From assembly GCA_039933415.1 (NCBI GenBank), contig JBDTOD010000002.1, forward strand, positions 17,767-81,766: a DNA stretch of 64,000 nt, given 5' to 3'. Positions 40,340 through 49,382 of the stretch are shown in pieces. A program made the translations under genes and the position numbers. A model generated the notes under the pieces. The model saw nothing but the letters and a program-made list of their open reading frames with translations, was not told where the DNA came from and did not search any database. The stretch comes from a bacterium (GTDB lineage: Bacteria > Gemmatimonadota > Gemmatimonadetes > Gemmatimonadales > Gemmatimonadaceae). Numbering within the stretch: the stretch's first letter is position 1; each line of letters starts with the position of its first letter.

Positions 40340-41493
40340 GCTACCGACCTCCCGGCCAGTTGCTCGTACAGTCGCTCCACCTGCTCGATCACCGCTGGCG
40401 CACCATAGCCCGATTCCGCGTCGGCGCGTCCTGCCGCCCCATACGCCGCACGGCGAGCCGGCTCGGAGTAGAGGCGGAAGATCGCGTCCGCGAGCGCTGC
40501 GTCGTCTGCACGGGCCACGAGCAGACCGGTCTCACCCTGCCGAACGGCGTCCGGATTGCCCCCCACGTTCGTGGCGACAACCGGTCGCGCCGCGGCCATC
40601 GCCTCGAGGATCGAGTTCGGAAAGGCCTCGCTGATCGAGCACAGCACGGAGACGTCGAACAGGCCGTGCAGGTTCGGCAGCGGCGGTCGCTCTCCGGTGA
40701 AGTGTACGATCGCCCCCAACCCGAGCGCCTCGACCTCGGACGTCAATCGAGGGCGCTCGGGTCCGTCTCCGATGAGGATCGCGTGCAGCGTGGGGATCCG
40801 CGTCCGAAGACTGGCGATGGCGCGAAGCAGCGTGCTGTGATCCTTCACCGGGGTGAGCCTCGCCACGATCCCGATGATGAATGCCCCATCCGGCACCCCG
40901 AACTCACCGAGCAGCGCGGCCCGCTCCTCCGCAGCGATGCTGTCGAACGCCTGCGGATCGAGAAAGTTGGGAATGGTCACGACTCGAGACGAAGGAACAC
41001 CGCCCTCCGTTTCGACGAGCCGCGCGACGCTGGGACTGTTGCCGACCACGCGATCCGCCAGGCGATACGCCAACCGGCTCGCCTGCATGATCCGCCCCTG
41101 CAGATGGGGCGAATGCCACGAGCGCCGGCTGGCGATGACCCCTCGAACCCCAGCCATGCGCGCCCAGACCGTCCCGTAGATGCTCGTGTATGCATCGTGG
41201 CTGTGGACGATCTCCGTGCGCTGCGAGCGCAGCAGGCGCCACAGTCGCAGCCCCTGGCGCAGCCCGGAGGCTCCCCACAGGCTCGACATTGGAAAGGCGT
41301 GGACCGGAATTCCGGCGTTGGCGTAGCGCTGCATGAGCGGCCCAGTGTCCCGTAGGCAGACGACGGACACGGAGAAACGGCTCCGGTCGAGCCGTTCCGC
41401 GGTACGAACCGCGTTCAGCTCGGTGCCCCCTAGCTGCATGTTATCGATACAATACACGACCCGAATCGGGTCAGTCGGAGGTCGGACGGCCAA
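40336..41493 (-). CDS. glycosyltransferase family 4
   Basis: IRVVYCIDNMQLGGTE N-terminus and EAFPNSILEAMAAARPVVATNVGGNPDAV C-terminal motif. Start is proposed at TTG 41493 (GAGG-N5). The ORF-track extension to 41934 encodes Arg/Cys-rich low-complexity sequence. Confidence 0.75.
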   Translation of the reverse strand: MAVRPPTDPIRVVYCIDNMQLGGTELNAVRTAERLDRSRFSVSVVCLRDTGPLMQRYANAGIPVHAFPMSSLWGASGLRQGLRLWRLLRSQRTEIVHSHDAYTSIYGTVWARMAGVRGVIASRRSWHSPHLQGRIMQASRLAYRLADRVVGNSPSVARLVETEGGVPSSRVVTIPNFLDPQAFDSIAAEERAALLGEFGVPDGAFIIGIVARLTPVKDHSTLLRAIASLRTRIPTLHAILIGDGPERPRLTSEVEALGLGAIVHFTGERPPLPNLHGLFDVSVLCSISEAFPNSILEAMAAARPVVATNVGGNPDAVRQGETGLLVARADDAALADAIFRLYSEPARRAAYGAAGRADAESGYGAPAVIEQVERLYEQLAGRSVA

Positions 41494-41598
41494 TCGTGCC
41501 TCGGAGTGACAGCGCGCGGAGAGTTGCTCGGACGAGATACCCACCAACGGCCAACCCGGACGGCTGACGAGGCTCCGACCAGTCTGGCTCGCGCTGAA

Positions 41599-41614
41599 TG
41601 CAACTCCAGCGCCG
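41599..41614 (-). promoter_or_regulatory. candidate sigma54 -24/-12 element CGGCGC-N5-TTGCA (GG-N10-GC spacing correct)
   Basis: The minus strand reads CGGCGCTGGAGTTGCA about 105 nt upstream of the proposed GT4 start. A sigma54 activator is encoded at 49850-51346. Sequence match only. Confidence 0.25.
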
Positions 41615-42151
41615 CCTGGCGAGGTGCGTACCGCGCGGTGTGAATCGAGTAAGCTAGCATCACGAAGCGAGCTACGCCGCGCCCGCACGGGGATCGTGAA
41701 CGGCATGGCCGTCCCACGGGTTTCGCTGGGAAAGGGGCGCTTCTCCCACCGGTCGCGCGACATTCTGCCCGCTCGTTCGTCTTCCGTTGGGCGCCGCGCC
41801 GTAGCTCGGCTCGCATTCCGAACTGAGACTGCTCTCGGAGGTCGAACGCAACGCCATGTTGCGTCGGCGAGACAACATCGAAGAGGGCCGCAGCGCGCGC
41901 GAGCACGGTGTCGACCATAAACTGTCTGTGTCAAACGAAGGTGGCCCTGCGAGGTGCGGCGCGCTCCTTTTTGCTGTACCCAGTGGAAGTTGAGTAGTCC
42001 TCACTGGCCATTCTCACCCGCCAGCGGCACCATGAAGCGCATCCTGTCCCGCTGTCGTATGCACGGCCTTCAACCTGATGCGATGGACGAATCCGAGACC
42101 TCCGGGCGGACGAATGACTGACCCGACGACGGGTGAGACGCTGAGCGAGAC

Positions 42152-43729
42152 ATGAACACGCCCCCACGCGCAGCGCGCACATCGGACGGAAGCGGACGTG
42201 CTGGCGTACTCGCCACGCCGCATCTCTCCGTCGTCGTCGCCTCGAACGGCACCGGCGCCACCGTCGATCGATGCCTGCGCTCACTGCTCGATCAGGTCGA
42301 GCGGACACGGGCCGAGCTGATCGTCGCGCGCGCGAGCGATCGGGACGAGACGGACGACCTCATGCGCAACTTCCCCTCGGTTCGCTTCGTCGCGGCGCAG
42401 CAAGACACGCCGATGATCGAGCTGCGCGCTGCGGGAATGCGTGAGTCGACCGGTGACGTCGTGATCGTCATGGAAGACGGCTGCGTGCCGGGCTCTCGCT
42501 GGCTCGAGCAGGTCAGTGTCGGTGTCGACAGCCTTCCGGAACGAGCGAACATTCCTTCGCCGGCAGTCGGCGAGGAGTCCAGGATCGATGCGGAGCCGCC
42601 TTGCCCCTTCCTATCGGTGATCCTGCCGGTCAGAAACGGCGGACGATATCTCCAACGGATGCTGGAGACGTTGTGCGCCAGCGACTTCCCCCGTGATCGC
42701 TGGGAGCTTCTCGTCGTCGACGACGGGAGTACGGACGAATCCTCGCTGCTGGCCAGCAAGTTCGCCGACGTGATCATCCGCTTGCCGGGTCGCTCGCGCG
42801 GGCCGGGCTACGCACGCAACCGCGGCGTCGAGCGTGCCCGCGGCGAGTGCGTCGTGTTCCTCGACGCCGACGTCGTCGTGCGCCCCGATACGCTGAGCCA
42901 GCTGGCCGCGACGCTCACGACGCGCCCCGACATCGACGCCGTCTTCGGCGCCTATTGCGACGAGCCATCCGCGGCGGGGTTGGTGTCGCAGTATCGCAAT
43001 CTGCTGCACCATTTCACGCACGATCAGGATCCGGGCGAGGTGCACAGCTTCTGGGCGGGCTGTGGTGTCGTGCGACGAAGCGTTTTCGTCGCGGTCGGCA
43101 TGTACGACGAGTGGCGCTTCTCTCGCGCTCAGATCGAGGACATCGAGCTCGGATATCGGATGGCCGGCGGCGGCCATCGCATCCTGCTCCGTCCCGACAT
43201 CCAGGTCACGCATCTGCGGCGTTGGACGTTCTGGGGAATGTTGCGGGCCGACTTCGTGGACCGCGGAGTGCCTTGGGCGCGTCTGCTCGCCGAACAGCGC
43301 ACCCTGCTCGGTCCCGCGGCCGCACGGCTCGCCAGCCTCAACCTGCGAGCGAAGGAGAAGAGCAACGCCTTCTTCACCTGCCTCGGCGTGATGCTCCTCG
43401 TGCTCGCCATCGCGTTGCATCGGCCCGGTCTGGCGAATCTGGGGCTCGCTTTCATTCTTCTCGTCGTCGTTCGCGGTCTTTCGCTCTACTCATTCTTCTT
43501 TCGGAAGCGCGGACTGATGTTCATGGTGAGTGCCATCGTCCTTCACCTCGTCTACTATCTCACGGCGGCGGTCTCGGTGACCTGGGGTGGGTTCCTCGCT
43601 CTCGTGATTGGTGAGCCTCGTCCGGATCCGTCGATCGAAGCGTTCTCGGAGCTCAATTTCAAGGCGTGGCCTCCGGTGCCGCAGAACCCAGTCACCCGCG
43701 TGCAGAATGTCGTCGGCGCCAAGTCGTAG
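42152..43729 (+). CDS. glycosyltransferase family 2 with a degenerate N-terminal GT2 half-module and a C-terminal TM region
   Basis: Complete GT2 core LSVILPVRNGG...LLVVDDGSTDES...VFLDADV. The upstream partial copy is LSVVVASNG...LIVARASDRDET...VIVMEDG. C-terminal hydrophobic helices. Confidence 0.8.
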   Translation: MNTPPRAARTSDGSGRAGVLATPHLSVVVASNGTGATVDRCLRSLLDQVERTRAELIVARASDRDETDDLMRNFPSVRFVAAQQDTPMIELRAAGMRESTGDVVIVMEDGCVPGSRWLEQVSVGVDSLPERANIPSPAVGEESRIDAEPPCPFLSVILPVRNGGRYLQRMLETLCASDFPRDRWELLVVDDGSTDESSLLASKFADVIIRLPGRSRGPGYARNRGVERARGECVVFLDADVVVRPDTLSQLAATLTTRPDIDAVFGAYCDEPSAAGLVSQYRNLLHHFTHDQDPGEVHSFWAGCGVVRRSVFVAVGMYDEWRFSRAQIEDIELGYRMAGGGHRILLRPDIQVTHLRRWTFWGMLRADFVDRGVPWARLLAEQRTLLGPAAARLASLNLRAKEKSNAFFTCLGVMLLVLAIALHRPGLANLGLAFILLVVVRGLSLYSFFFRKRGLMFMVSAIVLHLVYYLTAAVSVTWGGFLALVIGEPRPDPSIEAFSELNFKAWPPVPQNPVTRVQNVVGAKS

Positions 43730-43771
43730 CGTATGAGCGAGATCGTAGAACGGTAGATCGTCACACAAGCA

Positions 43772-43804
43772 AAGACGCCGCGAGCACAGCGCTCGCGGCG
43801 TCTT
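43772..43804. terminator. 14-bp-stem hairpin between convergent genes
   Basis: AAGACGCCGCGAGC-acagc-GCTCGCGGCGTCTT read directly. Located 42 nt after the stop at 43729. Confidence 0.65.
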
Positions 43805-43830
43805 CACGTCTTGCCTTCAGGTCGCGCGGT

Positions 43831-44742
43831 CTAGTGTGCGCCCTTGCGGAAGATCATGACGGGCAGCGTTTTGGCCATGATGCGCATGTCCTCGACCACC
43901 GACCGCCGCTCGATGTAGGCCAGATCGAATTCCACCTTGCGGCGCACGTCGTCGATCGACGTGTCGTAGTTCTGATTGATCTGCGCCCATCCGGTGATAC
44001 CGGGCTTCGCGCGCTGACGAAGCTGATACCGGTCGATCTCCTTCCGGAGCTGATGGAAGATGCTGGGCCGTTCCGGCCGCGGTCCGACGATGTTCATGTC
44101 GCCCCTGAGCACGTTGAAGAGCTGCGGGATCTCATCCAGTCTGGTGCCGCGCATCAGTCCGCCGATCGGCGTGATGCGCGCGTCGTTCTTCGCCGCCCAC
44201 ACGGCACCGGTCGCTTCCGAGTTCACGGTCATCGTGCGGAACTTGTACATCGTGAAGGCGCGGCCACCAACGTCCACCGCGCGACGGTCACCGGCACGAC
44301 GGCCATCAGCACGGCGACCACGCGCTCCGGCAGCGGTGCGTCGGTCGACCTCTTCGTTCGCGACTGGAGCAACGACCGTCTCGGCAACGCGACTGCCCTC
44401 CTTTCGTGGTCCCGACCGGCGTCGCTCGCCCGCACCGCGCCGATCTCCGCCCGAGATCCGACGATCGACGCCGACTCGTGTCTGACGGTAGATGATCGGG
44501 CCCTGCGAGGTCAGCTTCACCGCGACGGCGATGAGCAGGATCAGCGGGGCCAGCAACACCAGGGCGATCGTGGCGATGCTGAAATTCAGCACGCGGTTCA
44601 ACGCGTCTGATGCCAGGAACGCGCGCATCCGCCCCGAACCCCGCACCGCCACCGGGGTGTGCACGGACGACAGCGATGCGTCGTAGACGGGGAAGGAGTC
44701 CGTCACGACCGATCGGGTATCAGCGATGCCGCGCGAAGCCAT
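43831..44742 (-). CDS. priming phosphoglycosyl transferase (bacterial sugar transferase, WbaP/PglC C-terminal type) with Arg-rich insertion
   Basis: Re-entrant helix IATIALVLLAPLILLIAVAVKLTSQGPIIYRQTRVG, then MYKFRTM, DEIPQLFNVLRGDMNIVGPRPERP, KPGITGWAQ. An alternative start is at 44628. GC-rich third positions upstream favour 44742. Confidence 0.85.
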   Translation of the reverse strand: MASRGIADTRSVVTDSFPVYDASLSSVHTPVAVRGSGRMRAFLASDALNRVLNFSIATIALVLLAPLILLIAVAVKLTSQGPIIYRQTRVGVDRRISGGDRRGAGERRRSGPRKEGSRVAETVVAPVANEEVDRRTAAGARGRRADGRRAGDRRAVDVGGRAFTMYKFRTMTVNSEATGAVWAAKNDARITPIGGLMRGTRLDEIPQLFNVLRGDMNIVGPRPERPSIFHQLRKEIDRYQLRQRAKPGITGWAQINQNYDTSIDDVRRKVEFDLAYIERRSVVEDMRIMAKTLPVMIFRKGAH

Positions 44743-45508
44743 ACGTCACTGCGAGAATGAGGGACGTCACCACGCCGATGCCCGAAGCGATGCTCTGCCA
44801 GCTTCGGTTGGGCTGGGTGCCGATGACGATCTGATCACCGGAGCGGAGGGAGAGTTGGTCCAGCGTCAGGCCTTCATTGAAGGCCGTCTGCGTGTTGCGC
44901 GAATCGTAGAGCTCATCGGGGCCACGCTTGATCACCGAGCGTCCGAGATCGGCGACCGACGCAGGCCCTCCCGCTCGCATGACGGCGTCGGTGAGCGGGA
45001 TGTCGGGCGGCATGAAGTAGAATCCCGGCCGGCCCACCGGTCCGAGCACCGAGAGGCTCACGAGCGGCGTGACGCGGACTCGCGCCTCCTTGATGTACCT
45101 GACGAGCTGAGCCTGCATGTGCTTCTGCAGCTCGGACCGCAGCACCCCGTTGAGCGGGATGTCACCGATGTCCGTCAGCACGATCTTCGGACCGGCCACC
45201 ACCGCGGTCGTGTCGTTGACGAGAACGTTGCCCTCGATCACGAGGAGAATGCGATCGCCAGGGCGGAAGTCGCCCTCGCGAAGCCGGGCGCGGAGCGCTG
45301 CTGCCTGATTGCGCTCGCTCTCGTTTCCCCGCTCCAGGCGATCTGCCAGGGCGGTGAGGTCCGCGCGCGTCGCCATCGGCTGCATCGATTCGCTCCCCTG
45401 CGCGAACGCAGCGTGGGAGGCGAGCAACAGCACAAGAGCGACGAAACACATATACCTGAACAGCGGCCGAATGTCGAACCGCCGGGGGTGGGACAGGGAG
45501 GGAAGCAT
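44720..45508 (-). CDS. polysaccharide export protein (Wza-like; Poly_export + SLBB)
   Basis: Signal MCFVALVLLLASHAAFAQ region. FRPGDRILLVIEG (Poly_export). SLBB-like LRSGDQIVIG. Start is uncertain (45508, 45520 or 45532). The ORF-track start at 45607 lies in AT-rich sequence with atypical codons. Confidence 0.75.
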   Translation of the reverse strand: MLPSLSHPRRFDIRPLFRYMCFVALVLLLASHAAFAQGSESMQPMATRADLTALADRLERGNESERNQAAALRARLREGDFRPGDRILLVIEGNVLVNDTTAVVAGPKIVLTDIGDIPLNGVLRSELQKHMQAQLVRYIKEARVRVTPLVSLSVLGPVGRPGFYFMPPDIPLTDAVMRAGGPASVADLGRSVIKRGPDELYDSRNTQTAFNEGLTLDQLSLRSGDQIVIGTQPNRSWQSIASGIGVVTSLILAVTYGFARHR

Positions 45509-45953
45509 GCCTGAGGACATTGCAGTCGGCATGCTCAACTTTGGACGCCGGAAGAGATTACGTAAGTCATTATGATAGAAATACTTAGAGATAGCCCAGG
45601 AAAACATAAATCACCCGTCACGGGCGATTAGTGTGGCGTTCGGCCAACACATGCGTGCCAATTGACAACACGATGTGATCTGCAGCACTGTGTACCACCC
45701 CCAATAGGCAAGATCGCGGCCTGTCGCGCGGTCCCGGCGCTGTTGTGGTGCTACTGCTTCAATGATACCTCGGCGCGTCACGGCAGTAGTTGTCCATCTG
45801 TAACAGTTTCAACGAGTTAGCTTTTCCAAAGTCGCCGCATGCAACATGCAACGCGGCGCTGATGGGCGAGCGAAGACGCCTCCCAACCTTAGCCGCCCAG
45901 GGCAGCACGACCACCGAGCTGCCTCACCGCGACCGACATGTACCGAGGGTGCA

Positions 45954-46898
45954 ATGCCCGAGATGGACTCCACGCCACCTCTCGTTCTCATCGCGAGCGA
46001 CCAAGAGTGGTCTGGTCGCTCGCTCGAGACGATCATCGGCCCGCGCGGCTATGCGATCGTACGCGCGTATACTGGCCACCAGGTGCTTGAGACGGTGCGG
46101 AGTAGTCACCTCGATCTCCTGATCCTCGATACCAGACTCCCCGACATCGATGGCATTACGCTTTGCCGTCAACTCCGCGATCAGCGCGCCATCACTGCCA
46201 CGACGCCCGTGATCATCACGACCTCGACGCAGGCCACTCGAGCCAGCAACATCGCTGCGTTCGCTGCCGGGGCATGGGACTTCTGTCCGCAACCAGTCGA
46301 CAGCGACCTGCTCCTCCTGCGAATGGAGACGTTCGTAAAAGCGAAACGTGAAGCGGATCGCGCTCAGGAAGAGAGCCTGCTGGACGAGTCGACCGGGCTC
46401 TACAACTTCCGTGGAATGGCCAGGCGTGCGCGCGAGACGGGTGCCGAAGCGCTTCGGGTGCGTGGAGCGATGGCGTGCGTCGCGCTGGCTCCGATCATGG
46501 ATGACGCATACGAAGCTGGTGAGTCCCCGGACACGCTCGCGAAGGGAGTGGGCGAGCATCTTGGCGTCGCATTGTCTCGCACGGCGCGCGCATCCGATGT
46601 CATCGGCCATCTTGGTCGCGCCGAGTTTGCCGTCATTGCGCCCGCGACCACGCCCGAGGGGGCGGAGCGGCTCATGGAGAGGTTGCAACGGGCGCTCGAG
46701 GCGATCGTCGTGCCGCTCGGCGGCGGAGCGCGTGCCTTTCGCATGCGCGGCAGCTACTTCGCCGTTCCGGACTACTCCGAAGCCTCGATTCACGTGCTCG
46801 AGATGCTCGAGCGTGCATCGTCTGCGCTGCATACGCCGCGCGGCCTCGCCGACTTCGCGACGTCGGGACTCGCATCGGCGCCACCGGCTACTCTGTGA
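45954..46898 (+). CDS. response-regulator receiver fused to a degenerate GGDEF domain (GRAEF) with RxxD I-site
   Basis: GAGGG-N4-ATG. Receiver LLILDTRLPDIDG. GGDEF-type DESTGLYNFRG ... RASDVIGHLGRAEFAVIAP. Confidence 0.8.
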   Translation: MPEMDSTPPLVLIASDQEWSGRSLETIIGPRGYAIVRAYTGHQVLETVRSSHLDLLILDTRLPDIDGITLCRQLRDQRAITATTPVIITTSTQATRASNIAAFAAGAWDFCPQPVDSDLLLLRMETFVKAKREADRAQEESLLDESTGLYNFRGMARRARETGAEALRVRGAMACVALAPIMDDAYEAGESPDTLAKGVGEHLGVALSRTARASDVIGHLGRAEFAVIAPATTPEGAERLMERLQRALEAIVVPLGGGARAFRMRGSYFAVPDYSEASIHVLEMLERASSALHTPRGLADFATSGLASAPPATL

Positions 46899-46946
46899 TC
46901 GTCGCCTAGTCGCTCGGAACGCGACGGGTGCACGCACGAACGAAAA

Positions 46947-46975
46947 GGGGGGCGACGGAGAATCCGTCGCCCCCC
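46947..46975. terminator. 13-bp-stem hairpin between convergent genes
   Basis: GGGGGGCGACGGA-gaa-TCCGTCGCCCCCC read directly, flanked by an A-run. Confidence 0.65.
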
Positions 46976-46997
46976 ATCTCGTTGCACGGCTCGTGGC

Positions 46998-49382
46998 TCA
47001 CACCGTGGCGACGGCGCGCTCCTCGGGCAGGGCGCGATACGTGGCGTCGTACCCGTAATACTTGTAGTCACCCATCGAGCGTACGTCGTTGAGCACGACA
47101 CCCACCGTCCGCAGTGGCAAGCGGCGCAGCAGGTTGAGCTTCGCCTTGGCCATCCGCATGTCCGTCTTGCCGTGCCGCAGGATCAAGAGCGTGTTCTCAC
47201 ACGCGGCGCCGATCGCGAACGCGTCGATGCCCGCCGAGAGCGGCGGACCGTCCACGATCACTACGGAGAACTCCTGAACGAGGTCCTGGAGCAGGCGAGG
47301 CAGCGCCGCGCTGGCGACGAGCTCGGGGTTCGTCGTGCGTCGCCCGCCGCACGGCATCAGCGTCAAACGCTCCTGCGACGTGGGGTGAAGCACTTCGGCG
47401 CGAGTCACCTCGCCGGACAGGACTTCGATCAGACCGGGACGCCGCGTGAGGCTGAACACTTCGTGCAGTGCACCGCGACGCGTGTCCGCGTCGATGAGCA
47501 GCGTGCGATACCCCGCCTCGGCAAATGCGAGCGCAAGGTTGGAGGCGACGAGAGACTTTCCATCGCCCTGCTCGGGACTCGTGACGCCGCAGATGAGCGG
47601 CTGCGAGGTCGAGTACGCGTACTGGAGACGCAGACGGATTCCACGGAATGACTCGATGACTTCCGCGGCGTCTTCGGGCTTCGCCCGACGGGGAGGCTGC
47701 GCGATCTTGGGCACCGTCCCCAGCACGGTGAGCCCGAGATCGGTCGACACCTGCGTGAGGTGCCGGAACTTGTGATCCACTCGGTCGAGCAGCACGGAGA
47801 GTCCGAGACCGAGCGCGAGCGCGAGCAGGATGGCTGTCCCGACGATCTTCAGGTTCTTGAAGCCCTCCGGGCCGAGCGCGGGAGATGCCTTGTCCAGCAC
47901 CGTGATGTCTGGCATCGCGCTGTCTTCTTCCAGCTTCGCCTGCGCATAGCGCGCACGCAGGTTGGCGTACATCTGCTCGGCGAGCGTCTTGTTACGATCA
48001 AGCCGCTCCTCCTCGATGGTGCGCGCGGGAATGCCTTTGAGGTCCGTACCAGCCGTGGTGATCTGGTCGTTCAGATCGCTCTCACGGGCCTGGAGCTGGC
48101 GGAGCAGCGACTGCGCCATTCGCGGAATCGTCTGGTCGCGAAGGTCGGCGACTTTCTTGAGCGCCGCCTTCACCTGCGCGTGCTCGTCGGTATAGATCGC
48201 CTGCTTCGTGCGCAGATCCGCCTGCGCCACGAGCAGTTCGGACTGCGCCTGCTCGAGGTTCTTGGCGCCGGGGAGCGCGGCAAGGTTTGGGATCGCGGCG
48301 ACCGCGTCGGCCGTGCCCGGTCCGGCGGTGAGCGCCTTGGCGAGCGCTTCACGATCTCGCCGGATCGCATCGAACTCGCTGCGCTTCGCGAAGAATTCCT
48401 GCATCACGGGACTGCGCGTCTCGATACTGCCCGGCGTGCGCGAGAAGTTCTCGTTCGGCATCGTGATGGTGCGGGTCCTGAAGGTCTCCAACGCGACCTC
48501 GGTCTTGCGCAGCTCGTCGCCGGAGAACTGCAGCTGATCCTCGAGCTGTCGTGAATAGGCCGACACGTTCTTCCGCTTCAGCATCGTCGCGGTGCTGACG
48601 AACTCCTCGATCCAGGTATTGAGCGTGCCTGCCGCCTCGACGGCATCATCGCCGACGAGAGTGATCGTCATGAAGTTGCCGTTCGGCTGCAGCATCGGCG
48701 GCGGATTCAACTTGAGCAGCAGCGCGATGGACGCATCGCGCGGCGTCATCACGTTGAATGCCGAGACCCGTCTCGGCGTCAGCAGCTCTGGCTGCGGCGC
48801 CCAGCGGAAGCCAGCCGGACGGCCGATCGAGTCGCCCACGCTTCCGGTATCGACCACCACGCCGTCCTTGCCGAACTTCAGCTTGTAGTGCTGGCCCTTC
48901 GCATCCACCTCGAGGCGATAATCGCCGACCCTGGGACGCTCGGCCGTGGCGAATCTCAGAAAGAGCGGACGGTCCTTCGGGTCGGCTGGCGTCGCCGCCA
49001 GGCCCCGCTTCGCGACGACCGAGTCGGTGATCGCGAAGGCCTGGAAGAGCTCGACCCAGGAGTTCTGGGGCAGCAGCTCCTCGGCCCTGATCGGCCCGAC
49101 GGGCGCCTTCGTGGGGTTCGAGGAGAGCACCCACAGCTTGGCGCGCGCATCGTACGTCGGCGCGACGAATCGTGTCGCAACGGCGCCAAGGATGGCGCCG
49201 ACTATCATGAACGCGATCGTCAGCCACTTGTAGCGCATGATCGCCCCGAGGATTCGGGCGATCGGCGCGCCCGCCTCGGCGCTCTCTTCGGGCGGTTCGG
49301 GGGCCCAGGCGGCTGTACGCGGGGACTGGGCCCCGGTGAGCGGGCCATGGGGCGACGCGACGACTGGATACTCGGCTGACAT
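46998..49382 (-). CDS. polysaccharide co-polymerase / BY-kinase (Wzc-like chain-length determinant tyrosine autokinase)
   Basis: Two TM segments flank a long coiled-coil periplasmic region. Walker A SPEQGDGKS, A' LLIDADTRRG, B VVIVDGPP. C-terminal Tyr cluster DYKYYGYDATY (about 47037-47066). Confidence 0.85.
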   Translation of the reverse strand: MSAEYPVVASPHGPLTGAQSPRTAAWAPEPPEESAEAGAPIARILGAIMRYKWLTIAFMIVGAILGAVATRFVAPTYDARAKLWVLSSNPTKAPVGPIRAEELLPQNSWVELFQAFAITDSVVAKRGLAATPADPKDRPLFLRFATAERPRVGDYRLEVDAKGQHYKLKFGKDGVVVDTGSVGDSIGRPAGFRWAPQPELLTPRRVSAFNVMTPRDASIALLLKLNPPPMLQPNGNFMTITLVGDDAVEAAGTLNTWIEEFVSTATMLKRKNVSAYSRQLEDQLQFSGDELRKTEVALETFRTRTITMPNENFSRTPGSIETRSPVMQEFFAKRSEFDAIRRDREALAKALTAGPGTADAVAAIPNLAALPGAKNLEQAQSELLVAQADLRTKQAIYTDEHAQVKAALKKVADLRDQTIPRMAQSLLRQLQARESDLNDQITTAGTDLKGIPARTIEEERLDRNKTLAEQMYANLRARYAQAKLEEDSAMPDITVLDKASPALGPEGFKNLKIVGTAILLALALGLGLSVLLDRVDHKFRHLTQVSTDLGLTVLGTVPKIAQPPRRAKPEDAAEVIESFRGIRLRLQYAYSTSQPLICGVTSPEQGDGKSLVASNLALAFAEAGYRTLLIDADTRRGALHEVFSLTRRPGLIEVLSGEVTRAEVLHPTSQERLTLMPCGGRRTTNPELVASAALPRLLQDLVQEFSVVIVDGPPLSAGIDAFAIGAACENTLLILRHGKTDMRMAKAKLNLLRRLPLRTVGVVLNDVRSMGDYKYYGYDATYRALPEERAVATV

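Noticed and set aside
41494-41934. N-terminal 147-aa extension of the GT4 ORF (ORF-track start 41934). Similar upstream extensions exist for 46998-49568, 29414-31180, 21338-23413, 23935-25992, 35544-37049, 2059-3492 and 12406-14814.
   Set aside because: The extensions are Arg/Cys-rich, overlap upstream genes or promoters, and place conserved N-terminal motifs (Rossmann loops, Cys2 of AsnB, signal peptides) far from the start. Internal starts with SD-like sequences or ATGA coupling fit better.
45509-45607. ORF-track start of the wza-like gene at 45607.
   Set aside because: The first 25 codons are AT-rich at third positions (TTT, TCT, TAT, CAT, AAT, TTA), unlike every confident gene here. The segment is more likely the promoter/leader.
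45645-45660. The minus strand reads TGGCACGCATGTGTTG upstream of wza, a perfect sigma54 -24 box.
   Set aside because: The -12 position reads TT instead of GC, so the invariant GG-N10-GC spacing is not satisfied. This is probably chance.
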